Of a stretch of DNA of 36,492 nt, positions 25,655 to 35,100 are shown one piece after another; within the stretch, counting starts at the first letter, position 1; each line of letters opens with the position of its first letter. Under the pieces are notes generated by a model. That model was given only the letters and a program-made list of their open reading frames with translations, searched no databases and was not told the DNA's origin. The stretch comes from an uncultured Clostridium sp. (lineage in GTDB: Bacteria; Bacillota; Clostridia; TANB77; CAG-508), in the NCBI GenBank assembly GCA_946498265.1, contig CAMMNR010000001.1:1-36492 (forward strand). The letters are read 5' to 3'. Position numbers and translations under genes: made by a program.

Positions 25655-26443
25655 ATGATAAATTTTTGTAGTCTATACAGTGGAAGTAGTGGAAATAGTT
25701 TATTTGTTGAGAGTAAAAATACTAAAATTCTTGTTGATGCTGGAGTTAGTAGCAAAAAAATTGAACAAGCATTAAATGATATAAATATTAATCCAATAGA
25801 ATTAAATGGTATTTTAATAACACATGAACATTCAGACCACGTCCAAGGATTAGGAACTTTTTCAAAGAAATTTAACTTACCTGTATATGTGAATCAGGAA
25901 ACTTTAGATGCAATGCCCAAACAAAGAGATAAAATTGATGATAAAAATATTAAAAAATTTAGGGTTAATGAAAATTTTTCAATAGGAGATTTAGATATAA
26001 AACCTTTCTCTATACCTCATGATGCTGCTAATCCTTGTGGATTTAATATTTTTAAAGATAATAAAAAAATTAGTATTGCAACAGATATTGGACATATGAA
26101 TAACTATATTTTAAAGAATTTAGAAGAAAGTTTATTTATTATGTTGGAAGCAAATTATGACCCAGAAGTGTTAAAATGTTCATCATATCCATTTAAATTA
26201 AAATCAAGAATATCAGGTCCTACTGGACACTTACCTAATGAAATAGCAGGTAAAACAATATCTTATCTATTGAAATCTGGTTTAAAAACTGCTATGCTTG
26301 GACATTTAAGTAAAGAAAGTAATTTTCCTGAACTTGCATATAAAACTGTAGTTGATGAATTACTTACAAATAACTATGACGAAAATTCTTTAATGCTTTC
26401 TGTTGCAAAACGCGATTCACATAGTAAAATCTTATCATTTTAA
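25655..26443 (+). CDS. MBL-fold metallo-hydrolase (YycJ/WalJ-like)
   Basis: HEHSDH motif, 262 aa, lies upstream of rlmH. Confidence 0.85.
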   Translation: MINFCSLYSGSSGNSLFVESKNTKILVDAGVSSKKIEQALNDININPIELNGILITHEHSDHVQGLGTFSKKFNLPVYVNQETLDAMPKQRDKIDDKNIKKFRVNENFSIGDLDIKPFSIPHDAANPCGFNIFKDNKKISIATDIGHMNNYILKNLEESLFIMLEANYDPEVLKCSSYPFKLKSRISGPTGHLPNEIAGKTISYLLKSGLKTAMLGHLSKESNFPELAYKTVVDELLTNNYDENSLMLSVAKRDSHSKILSF

Positions 26444-26456
26444 TGAGGGAGTACAT

Positions 26457-26936
26457 ATGTTAAATATTAATATTATTTGTATTGGAAAAATTAAAGAACA
26501 ATACCTTAAAAGTGCGATAGAAGAATATTCTAAACGTCTTTCAAGGTATTGCAAGTTAAACATTTTAGAACTTCCAGATGAAAAAATTCCAGATAAATTG
26601 AATCACAATTTATCAAATGAAATTAAAACTAAAGAATGTAATAATATCATAAATCATTTAAAAAAAGATTCTTGTATAATTGCTTTAGATTTAACAGGAA
26701 ATGAACTTTCCTCTGAAGAATTTTCTAAAATGATTGAAAATATATCTATGGAAAATAGCTCAATAACATTTATCATTGGAGGCTCTTTAGGATTAACTAA
26801 AGAATTATTAAATAAATGTGATAAAAAAATTTGCTTTTCTAAAATGACTTTCCCTCATCAATTAATCAGAATATTTCTTTTAGAACAAATATTTAGAGCA
26901 TTTAAAATTTCTAATAATGAAACTTACCATAGATAA
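26457..26936 (+). CDS. rlmH: 23S rRNA (pseudouridine1915-N3)-methyltransferase
   Basis: SPOUT-fold RlmH pattern: IICIGKIKE.YLK.AI.EY.KRL..., ...FIIGGSLGL..., 159 aa from the ATG at 26457 (GAGGGAG RBS). Confidence 0.9.
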   Translation: MLNINIICIGKIKEQYLKSAIEEYSKRLSRYCKLNILELPDEKIPDKLNHNLSNEIKTKECNNIINHLKKDSCIIALDLTGNELSSEEFSKMIENISMENSSITFIIGGSLGLTKELLNKCDKKICFSKMTFPHQLIRIFLLEQIFRAFKISNNETYHR

Positions 26937-27364
26937 TCTATTATTTTTTGTAGAGAAAATCATTATAACAATATTTAGGGGCTAAATATTTATAATTTAT
27001 ACTTATTTTATATTGGGGGGAAGGTAATTTTTTCTCTACAAAATTAAAAACTTATTTGGTAATTTTCTAATTTTAATCATCAAACTTTTTATAATAATCA
27101 ATAATATTCACACATAATTATATAAAATAAAATTGTCGTCATATATATTTCATATAATTACATTTTTTATATAATAATAAAAATTTAATAAATTATTTTT
27201 TATTTTATTTCTTTTAAGAATTTTTTTGTTAAAATTTTGATTATAACTTTTTTGACAATTAAAAAAATAAGAATAAATAAAATTAATTTAGTTATCATAA
27301 ATTTGTCCTTTTGAATTAATTTAGATTATTATAATATCAAAATTGCAAAATGTCAAGAAAAAAA

Positions 27365-27892
27365 TTACGACATAATTCGACAAACAGCTACACTGGTCAC
27401 GATTCCAATAACATCAGCAATTAAAGCAACTGCTAATACAAATCTTATTTTTTTAATTTTTACACAACTTGTATATATTGCAATAGTATATAATGTAGTT
27501 TCAGTAGACCCCATTATTGTAGAAGCCATAATTCCTATCTGACTATCAACACCATAATTTTTCATAATATCTGTCGCTATAGCAATTGAACTACTTCCTG
27601 AAATTGGTCTAAGCATTGCAAGTGGCATTATTTCTTTAGGAAAATTAATAACATTTAATAATGGAGTAACAAAATTTATTATTAAGTCTAAAATCCCAGA
27701 ACTTCTTAAAGCACCTATTGCAACAAATAATCCTATTAATGTTGGAAAGATACTCATTGTAATTTTTATTCCCTCTTTTGCTCCTTCTAAAAAATTATCA
27801 AAAATTTTTACTTTTTCTAAAACCCCATAAATTACAATTATTAATATCATCAATGGCATAGCAAGATTAGATATAAAATTTACTGTTTGCAT
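27365..27892 (-). CDS. spmB: Spore maturation protein B
   Basis: Polytopic membrane protein with a nucleoside-recognition-type domain. Its start overlaps the spmA stop (TAATG). Confidence 0.85.
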   Translation of the reverse strand: MQTVNFISNLAMPLMILIIVIYGVLEKVKIFDNFLEGAKEGIKITMSIFPTLIGLFVAIGALRSSGILDLIINFVTPLLNVINFPKEIMPLAMLRPISGSSSIAIATDIMKNYGVDSQIGIMASTIMGSTETTLYTIAIYTSCVKIKKIRFVLAVALIADVIGIVTSVAVCRIMS

Positions 27893-28476
27893 TATTTTTT
27901 CTCCTTTTTATCTAATTTTATAAAAATTTTAGTAATAACTATCCCTGCTGTAGCTGTTATGACACTTGCTATCCATATAGGAACTACAATAGCTGTAGGA
28001 TTACTAGAACCCATAGAACTCCTTATTGCAATTACTATTGTTGGTATAATTTGAATAGACGCTGTGTTTATAATTATAAACATTGCCATTGAATCAGATA
28101 ATATTTCCTTTTTCGGATTTTCTTCTTGCATACTTTTCATTGCTTTTAATCCCAATGGAGTTGCAGCATTTCCTAATCCTAAAATATTTGCTATCATGTT
28201 CATTGATATATCTTTTTCTGTTTTTGTACTAATTTTTGGAAAAATTATCCTTATTAATGGTTTTAATATTTTTGTCAATTTATCGATAGCAGATGTTTTA
28301 TTTGCAATTTGCATAATTCCACACCATAAACACATTGTTCCAAGTAGACTAATCGTTAGATTTATAGCATCATTTACACTATCAAAAACAGAAGAATTCA
28401 AATTTTCTAAATTTCCTGAAAAAATTGCGTAAGAAAATGATATTATTATAAAAATTGGCCAAACTATATTTAGCAT
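27892..28476 (-). CDS. spmA: Spore maturation protein A
   Basis: Polytopic membrane protein, NILGLGNAATPLGLKAM motif. The ATG at 28476 has GGTGA 5 nt upstream. Confidence 0.85.
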   Translation of the reverse strand: MLNIVWPIFIIISFSYAIFSGNLENLNSSVFDSVNDAINLTISLLGTMCLWCGIMQIANKTSAIDKLTKILKPLIRIIFPKISTKTEKDISMNMIANILGLGNAATPLGLKAMKSMQEENPKKEILSDSMAMFIIINTASIQIIPTIVIAIRSSMGSSNPTAIVVPIWIASVITATAGIVITKIFIKLDKKEKK

Positions 28477-28528
28477 ACTTATCACCTAAATAATTTTATT
28501 CTAAAATAGATTTTTTATTACAATTCAA

Positions 28529-28557
28529 TTGACCTGTATATTTATTTATGATATATT
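28529..28557 (+). promoter_or_regulatory. Sigma-A promoter of abrB
   Basis: TTGACC (28529-28534), 17 nt, TATATT (28552-28557). Confidence 0.6.
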
Positions 28558-28603
28558 ACTTCTATAGGATTTGAAGATAACTTTTAAGAAGGAAGGTGTT
28601 TTT

Positions 28604-28858
28604 ATGAAGTCAACAGGAATTGTTAGACGTGTAGATGAATTAGGTAGAGTTGTTATTCCAATTGAAATAAGGAATCAATTTAACATTGTTGAAAAAGACC
28701 CTATTGAAATTTATGTAGACGGCTCTTCTATAGTTTTGAAAAAATTTGAACCAAATTGCATTTTCTGTGGCAGTACAGAAAATTTATATAACTTTAATGA
28801 TAAATTAATATGTGAAAATTGTTCAAAAAAAATAGGCAAGCTAAATGAAAAAAATTAA
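28604..28858 (+). CDS. abrB: Transition-state regulator AbrB, with a CxxC...CxxC C-terminal tail
   Basis: MKSTGIVRRVDELGRVVIPIEIRNQF.I.EKDPIEIYVDG..IVLKK is near-identical to the AbrB N-domain consensus. AGGAAGG RBS upstream of the ATG at 28604. Divergent from rsmI, as in Bacillus. Confidence 0.92.
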   Translation: MKSTGIVRRVDELGRVVIPIEIRNQFNIVEKDPIEIYVDGSSIVLKKFEPNCIFCGSTENLYNFNDKLICENCSKKIGKLNEKN

Positions 28859-28973
28859 AAATAATATTTTACACTAAAAGTTTTTATTTTTTACCATCTA
28901 CAACTTTATTGTGAACATTTTTAATTAGTAGATTTTATTTTTAATTATTATAATAATAACTTTTATCTACTAT

Positions 28974-29019
28974 AAAAAGCAGTATCAATAATATTATAAA
29001 AATAATTATACTGCTTTTT
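28974..29019. terminator. Bidirectional terminator between abrB and rsmI
   Basis: 12-bp stem AAAAAGCAGTAT/ATACTGCTTTTT with a 22-nt loop. Confidence 0.5.
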
Positions 29020-29024
29020 ACATT

Positions 29025-29855
29025 TTAATCAACATTAATAAATTTTTGGTAAATTTCATTTTTATTTACATTTTTATTTTTTGCTATCTTTTTTATTATT
29101 TCTTTTTTTTCTAATCCTTGTTCTTTATAAAAATTATATTGCTCTTCAATACTTAATTTTGCAAAAATATTTTCTTTTTCGTCTTTATTTGCTTCTATTA
29201 TTAAAACAATTTCTCCTTTAATATCTTTTGCTCTATCAATTAATAAATCTATATTTTCCCTAATAAATTCTTCATGTATTTTCGTTAATTCCCTAGCTAA
29301 CACTATCTTTCTATTATTCAATATTCCTTTTAAATCTTCTAATGTAGCTAACAATTTATGTGGAGCTTCATATAGAATAACAGTTTTATTTGCATTTTTT
29401 ATTTCTTCTAATTTATTTTTTCTTAATTTTTTATTTAATGGCAAAAATCCCAAAAATTCAAATTCTTTTGTATCTATTCCAGAACAAATTAATGCATTTA
29501 TCATTGCACAAGCCCCTGGTATAGGAACTATATTTATATTTTCTTCAATACATTTTTTTATAATTTCTTCACCTGGATCAGAAATTCCAGGAGTCCCCGC
29601 ATCTGAAACTAATGCTATATTTTTACCATTTTCTAATTCTTTGATTAAAACTTCTGTCTTTATTTCCTCATTATGCCTATGGTAACTTATTAATGGTTTT
29701 GAAATTTTTAAATGATTTAATAATTTTAAAGTATGTCTAGTATCTTCTGCTGCTATTAAATCTACATCCTCTAATATTTTTACAGCTCTTAATGTAATAT
29801 CATCTAAGTTTCCTATTGGTGTTGCTACAATAAATAATGTTCCTTTTTTATTCAT
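29025..29855 (-). CDS. rsmI: 16S rRNA (cytidine1402-2'-O)-methyltransferase
   Basis: TLFIVATPIGNLDDITLRA...L..VDLIAAEDTRHT... and SDAGTPGISDPG, the tetrapyrrole-methylase-fold RsmI signature. Confidence 0.93.
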   Translation of the reverse strand: MNKKGTLFIVATPIGNLDDITLRAVKILEDVDLIAAEDTRHTLKLLNHLKISKPLISYHRHNEEIKTEVLIKELENGKNIALVSDAGTPGISDPGEEIIKKCIEENINIVPIPGACAMINALICSGIDTKEFEFLGFLPLNKKLRKNKLEEIKNANKTVILYEAPHKLLATLEDLKGILNNRKIVLARELTKIHEEFIRENIDLLIDRAKDIKGEIVLIIEANKDEKENIFAKLSIEEQYNFYKEQGLEKKEIIKKIAKNKNVNKNEIYQKFINVD

Positions 29856-29880
29856 TTTTCATTCCTCTTTTTAAATTTAT

Positions 29881-30158
29881 TTTCTTGATTTATCTAATTT
29901 TTTCGAATTTATTCTATTTTATTCTATTTTTATCTAATTTTTTTAAATTTAAAAATTAATTATTATAAATTATATCTTTAAAAATTAACTTTTTCTTTAC
30001 TTTTCTATTTTTTTCAATTTTATTCTAATTTTTTCTATTTTTTGAATTTTTTTAATTATTTAATTTTTTTTATTATAAATTATTTCTTTAAAAATTATTT
30101 TTTCTTTATTTTCCTATTTTTTTCGATTTTATTCTAATTAATTCTATTATTTTCATTT
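29881..30158. repeat. About 2.7 copies of an AT-only tandem repeat of roughly 107 bp, filling the trmN6-rsmI intergenic region
   Basis: The units starting near 29962 and 30068 share about 75 nt at high identity: ATTATAAATTAT(A/T)TCTTTAAAAATTA..TTTTTCTTTA.TTT.CTATTTTTTTC(A/G)ATTTTATTCTAATT. A partial unit lies at 29881-29961. No ORF on either strand. Confidence 0.75.
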
Positions 30159-30899
30159 CTATTTATTATATATTTTTTTAATTTCTTCAGTATAATTTTT
30201 ATTTTCATCATAAATATATAAATTTTTTTCTATTTTCAAAAATGGTTTCGCATTTTTTATTCCTTTTATTAAAATCAATTTTGGCGGTTGATCTTTTTCA
30301 GAAAAAACAAATCTCAATAACTTAGGTTCTATCTTATAATTCCTCATTATACTTAATATATCAACTAACCTATCTGGTCTATGTACCATATAAAATTCGC
30401 CTTTATCTTTTAACATATCTTTTGCTACTTTTATAAAATCATCTAAACTTGCGGTTACTTCATGTCTAGAAATTATTTTTTTATCATTTTCATTTAATAT
30501 TCCTGAATTCTTCTTTTTATATGGTGGATTAGTTATAACTACATCAAAACTATTTTTTTCATATTTTTTATTTAAATTTAAAATATCTTCATTAATTATT
30601 TCGAATCTATCTTTTAAATTATTTAATTCTATACTTCTCCTTGCCATTTCATAGACTTCTTCTTGTATTTCTACTCCTATTACTTTTTTTAACTTAGTTT
30701 TTGCACATAAAAGAGTAGGTATAATTCCTGTACCTGTCCCTAAATCCATAATTGTCGTATTATGTTTTATATTTTTAGCAAAATCAGAAAGCAATACACT
30801 ATCTATGCCAAAACAAAAACCTTCATTATTTTGAATTATTTTAAAATCATTTATTTCTAAATCATCTATTCTTTCATTTTCCTTTAATACTACTTCCAT
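30159..30899 (-). CDS. tRNA (adenine-N6)-methyltransferase, TrmN6/YfiC/YabB-like
   Basis: SAM-binding DLGTGTGIIP and the N6-MTase motif ITNPPY. Syntenic with Bacillus yabB, upstream of rsmI. Confidence 0.85.
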   Translation of the reverse strand: MEVVLKENERIDDLEINDFKIIQNNEGFCFGIDSVLLSDFAKNIKHNTTIMDLGTGTGIIPTLLCAKTKLKKVIGVEIQEEVYEMARRSIELNNLKDRFEIINEDILNLNKKYEKNSFDVVITNPPYKKKNSGILNENDKKIISRHEVTASLDDFIKVAKDMLKDKGEFYMVHRPDRLVDILSIMRNYKIEPKLLRFVFSEKDQPPKLILIKGIKNAKPFLKIEKNLYIYDENKNYTEEIKKIYNK

Positions 30900-31076
30900 A
30901 ACTTCTCCATAATTATAATTTTCACTAATAGTATAAAATCTATTTTACAATTTTGTCAATATTATTTTTTATTGTATAAGAAATTTTGGGCACCTAAATC
31001 TCTAATTTCATTAACGTACAATTTTATCATTTCATATTATATAATAGATTAAGCTTTTGAAAGGATAAAACAAATT

Positions 31077-31241
31077 ATGAATAAAAAATCAAATTTTCCG
31101 AAAAATAAACCTAAAAATTTCACAGAAACTTTTAAATGCTGTAAAAAAAATACAATACATTCATTAAATGAAGTAGAATATTTTTTAAATAATTTTAACC
31201 ATTTTCTTAAATATGTAAAATTATATAAAATTCTAAAATAG
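31077..31241 (+). CDS. Possible small basic protein, 54 aa (MNKKSNFPKNKPKNFTETFKCCKKNTIHSLNEVEYFLNNFNHFLKYVKLYKILK)
   Basis: ORF below the track threshold. Weak AAAGGA RBS about 10 nt upstream. Followed by the hairpin CTTAAAGTGA...TCACTTTAAG. No homology recalled. Confidence 0.3.
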   Translation: MNKKSNFPKNKPKNFTETFKCCKKNTIHSLNEVEYFLNNFNHFLKYVKLYKILK

Positions 31242-31318
31242 CTTAAAGTGAACCATATTTATTAAATTTCTAACTAATAAATCGGCTCACTTTAAGTTAT
31301 TCTAAAAATTGTATTTTT

Positions 31319-31852
31319 TTATTTTTCTCTTTCATAAGCTTCAGCAAATTCTGCATTCTCTTGACCGTTAATTAATATTTTTACTTTATTAACTTCTGTC
31401 AATTCTGTTAAAGTATTTACTATACACTTTATCATAATATCTTTTTCTTCTTTATTATAATTCAAAAATTCACTCGAAAAATCTAAATATAAGCAGTCTC
31501 CTTCCATATAATATTTTTGAATTTTTGTATTTTCTGGAATTATTTTTTTATTTTTTTCGTTTTTTGGACCTTCAATCAACAAATTAATCAGCTTTTCATA
31601 TGGACTGTTTATAATTTCATTAATATCAATTAATCTTGCTTCTGGATTTATTTCATTTGTTTCTTTATTAGGAAAATATAAACTTACTATTGTTTGTCTT
31701 AACTGTTCTTCTGTTATTTCCTCTTCTGGAATATATTCTTCAACAGAAGTTTGCTCCTGTTTATTTTTTGCATATTTTATTCCAAAATATCCTCCTACTA
31801 AAACAATTATTATTAAAATTAGAAATATTAACATTATTTTTTTATTTTTCAT
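31319..31852 (-). CDS. gerM: GerMN-domain sporulation/germination lipoprotein-like protein
   Basis: N-terminal anchor followed by a single GerMN-type domain (VSLYFPNKE...L..E.R.I.., ...DCLYLDFSSEF...). AGGAGG RBS. Confidence 0.7.
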   Translation of the reverse strand: MKNKKIMLIFLILIIIVLVGGYFGIKYAKNKQEQTSVEEYIPEEEITEEQLRQTIVSLYFPNKETNEINPEARLIDINEIINSPYEKLINLLIEGPKNEKNKKIIPENTKIQKYYMEGDCLYLDFSSEFLNYNKEEKDIMIKCIVNTLTELTEVNKVKILINGQENAEFAEAYEREK

Positions 31853-31930
31853 TTTTTAAAATTCCTCCTTGTACAAGTTTATCATTATTATATATTATTA
31901 ACTATCTTTTTGTTTTAGAACTTAAATTTA

Positions 31931-32036
31931 GTGCCAAAGGGGACGGGCTATTTTGGCACATCTTATATAATAGATTTTAATTTTAAAAAATGTTAAGTAC
32001 ATAAAGTGTGCCAAAATAGCCCGTCCCCTTTGGCAC
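31931..32036. repeat. Exact inverted pair of the 29-nt GC-rich palindromic element, separated by 48 nt
   Basis: GTGCCAAAGGGGACGGGCTATTTTGGCAC at 31931-31959 and its exact reverse complement at 32008-32036. Each copy is itself a hairpin with an 8-9-bp stem and a 12-nt loop. Confidence 0.85.
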
Positions 32037-32052
32037 ACCCAGTATTTTCCAT

Positions 32053-32081
32053 TTGACAAAACACTGTTTTCCGTATACAAT
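32053..32081 (+). promoter_or_regulatory. Sigma-A promoter of the giant activase/dehydratase-like gene
   Basis: TTGACA (32053-32058), 17 nt, TACAAT (32076-32081). Confidence 0.65.
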
Positions 32082-32129
32082 TAAGGTGTTATATATATAA
32101 AATTTATGTACAAAAAAGGAGTTTTTGTC

Positions 32130-35100
32130 ATGGAAAATATTTTACATGTTGGTCTTGATGTTGGTTCAACAACTGTCAAGATTATAGTTATGGATGATAA
32201 CAAAAACACTATATATAAGGATTATCAAAGACATTTTTCAGATACTAAAAATACTGTATGTAATGTTTTAGAAAACTTACTTAAAATGTATCCTTCTAAT
32301 TCATTTACATTAGCACTTACAGGTTCAGGCGCAATGTCTGCCGCCAAATTTTTAGGAGTTGATTTTATTCAAGAAGTTGTTTCTTGTAAACGTGCTGTTG
32401 AGAAATATATTCCTAAAACTGATGTTGTTATTGAATTAGGTGGAGAAGATGCTAAAATAATATATTTTGACCAGTCAATTGAACAACGTATGAATGGTAC
32501 ATGTGCTGGTGGAACAGGTGCTTTTTTAGACCAAATGGCTTCTTTATTACATACAGATACAGCTGGTCTTAATGAACTTGCTAAAAATTATACTACAATC
32601 TATCCAATAGCTTCTCGTTGTGGTGTTTTTGCCAAAACTGATATTCAACCTTTAATTAATGAAGGTGCTGCAAAAGAAGATATTGCTGCTTCTATTTTCC
32701 AAGCTGTTGTAAATCAAACTATTAGTGGATTAGCTTGTGGACGTCCTATCAGAGGTCATGTAGCATTTCTTGGTGGTCCATTAAATTATTTATCTGAATT
32801 AAGAACAAGATTTATTGAGACATTACATTTAAAAGATGATGAAATTATTGTACCTGAAGAAGCTCATCTTTTAGTTGCAAAAGGTGCGGCACTAGATTCA
32901 TTTGATACAGAAGTTATTACAACTACACAATTAGAACAAAAAATAGAAAATCTAAGAAATTCACATGATAATACCTCTCATCCTTTAGATCCATTATTTA
33001 AAACTAAAGATGAATATGAAAGATTTAAAGAAAGACATAATAAAGCAAAAGTAGAAAGAGCAAATATAGAAAACTATTCTGGAGATTGTTATTTAGGTAT
33101 TGATGCTGGCTCTACTACAACAAAAATTGTTTTAATTGATAAAGATGGTAAATTGTTGTATTCTTTATACGGAAGCAATGAAGGTAACCCTTTAAAAAGT
33201 GTTATGAATATGTTAAAACAATTATATAAAGTTTTACCTAAAAAAGCTATTTTAAGATATAGTGGTGTTACAGGATATGGAGAAAAGCTAATCCAAACAG
33301 CCCTAAATGTTGACTTAAATGAAATAGAAACAATCGCACATTATACAGCTGCTAAAACTTTTGAACCTGATGTTACAAGTATCGTCGACATTGGTGGTCA
33401 AGATATGAAATACATCAGAATGAAAAATGGTTCTATTGATAATATAATGTTAAATGAAGCTTGTTCTTCTGGATGTGGTTCTTTTATTGAAACATTTGCA
33501 AAAAGTTTAAACTTAGATATATCTGAATTTGTAAAAGAAGCCATAAATGCTAAACGACCTGTAGACTTAGGTTCAAGATGTACAGTATTTATGAATTCAA
33601 AAATCAAACAAGCTCAAAAAGAAGGATATTCTGTTGGGGATATTTCTAGTGGACTTTCATATTCTGTTATAAAAAATGCTATACAAAAAGTTATGAAAGT
33701 AAGAGATGTTGAAACTTTAGGAGATCATATTGTTGTTCAAGGTGGTACATTTTACAATGACGCTGTTTTAAGAGCTTTTGAATTAATTGTAGGTAAAAAT
33801 GTAATAAGACCTGATATCGCTGGACTTATGGGTGCCTACGGAATGGCTCTTTTATCAAAAGAACAATATGAAGCAAATCTTGATATGGAACATGTTTCTA
33901 CAATTTTAAGAACTGATGATATTGATAAACTAGAAATTAAGGTTACACATACTCGTTGTAATAGATGTGAAAATCACTGTAAATTAACAATAAATAAATT
34001 TAGTAATGGGCAAATACATGTATCAGGTAATCGTTGCGAAAAAGGTGCTGGAATTGTTACTAAATCTGAGCCATTACCTAATTTGGTACAATATAAATTT
34101 GAAAGAATATTTAATTACAAACCATTAGAAGAAAAAGATGCTCCAAGAGGAACTATAGGTATCCCTAGAGTTTTAAATATGTACGAGGATTATCCATTCT
34201 GGTTTACATTTCTAACAAGTTTAGGATTTAGAGTTATACTTTCTGAAAAAAGTACTCGTGCAACATATGAAAAAGGTATGGAATCAATGCCTTCAGAATC
34301 TGTATGTTATCCAGCTAAACTTTCACATGGACATATAGAAAGTTTACTAGAACAAGGAATTAAAACTATTTTTTATCCATGTATGCCATATTCAAGAAAA
34401 GAATATGAAAAAGCTGATAACCACTATAATTGCCCTATAGTCATCTCTTATTCTGAAGTTTTGAAAAATAATGTAGAAGGATTAAAAAATCCTGAAATAA
34501 AATTTATAAACCCTTTCTTACCTTTTGATAAGAAAAACCTTGTAAAAAAAGTTTTAGAATTAGATGAATTTAAAGAATATAAATTTACAAAATCAGAATT
34601 AAACGAAGCCGTAGATAAAGCAGAAGCTGAATATCAAAAATGTAAAAATGATATAAGACAAAAAGGTTCCGAAACAGTAAAATACATTGAAGAACATAAT
34701 TTAAAAGGAATTGTATTGGCTGGAAGACCTTATCATGTAGATCCTGAAATAAATCATGGCATAGATACACTAATTACATCTTTAGGATTATGTGTATTAA
34801 CAGAAGACAGTGTATCTGATAAAACAGAAGCAAAAAGACCTTTAAGAGTTGTAGATCAATGGGTATATCATGCAAGACTTTATGCCGCTGCTGATTTTGT
34901 TGGAAAACATGATAATTTAGAACTTGTACAATTAAACTCTTTTGGTTGTGGTGTAGATGCTGTTACAACCGATCAAGTTGAAGAAATATTATCAAGCTAT
35001 GATAAAATGTATACATTAATAAAAATAGATGAAGTAAATAATTTAGGAGCAGTAAGAATTCGTATACGTTCATTACTTGCTAGTATGAAAAAAAGAGAAA

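Noticed and set aside
28604-28858. CxxC...CxxC tail on AbrB as a novel zinc-ribbon fusion.
   Set aside because: As far as I recall, clostridial AbrB homologues commonly carry this Cys-containing C-terminus, unlike Bacillus AbrB. It is likely the normal lineage-specific form.
29881-30158. Could the regularly repeated region be a CRISPR array?
   Set aside because: The units are about 107 bp with no alternation of conserved repeats and unique spacers. The sequence is almost pure A/T, and there are no cas genes in the window.
31951-32040. TGGCAC within the palindromic element as a sigma-54 -24 box.
   Set aside because: No TTGC -12 element lies at the required 4-5 nt spacing in any of the three copies.
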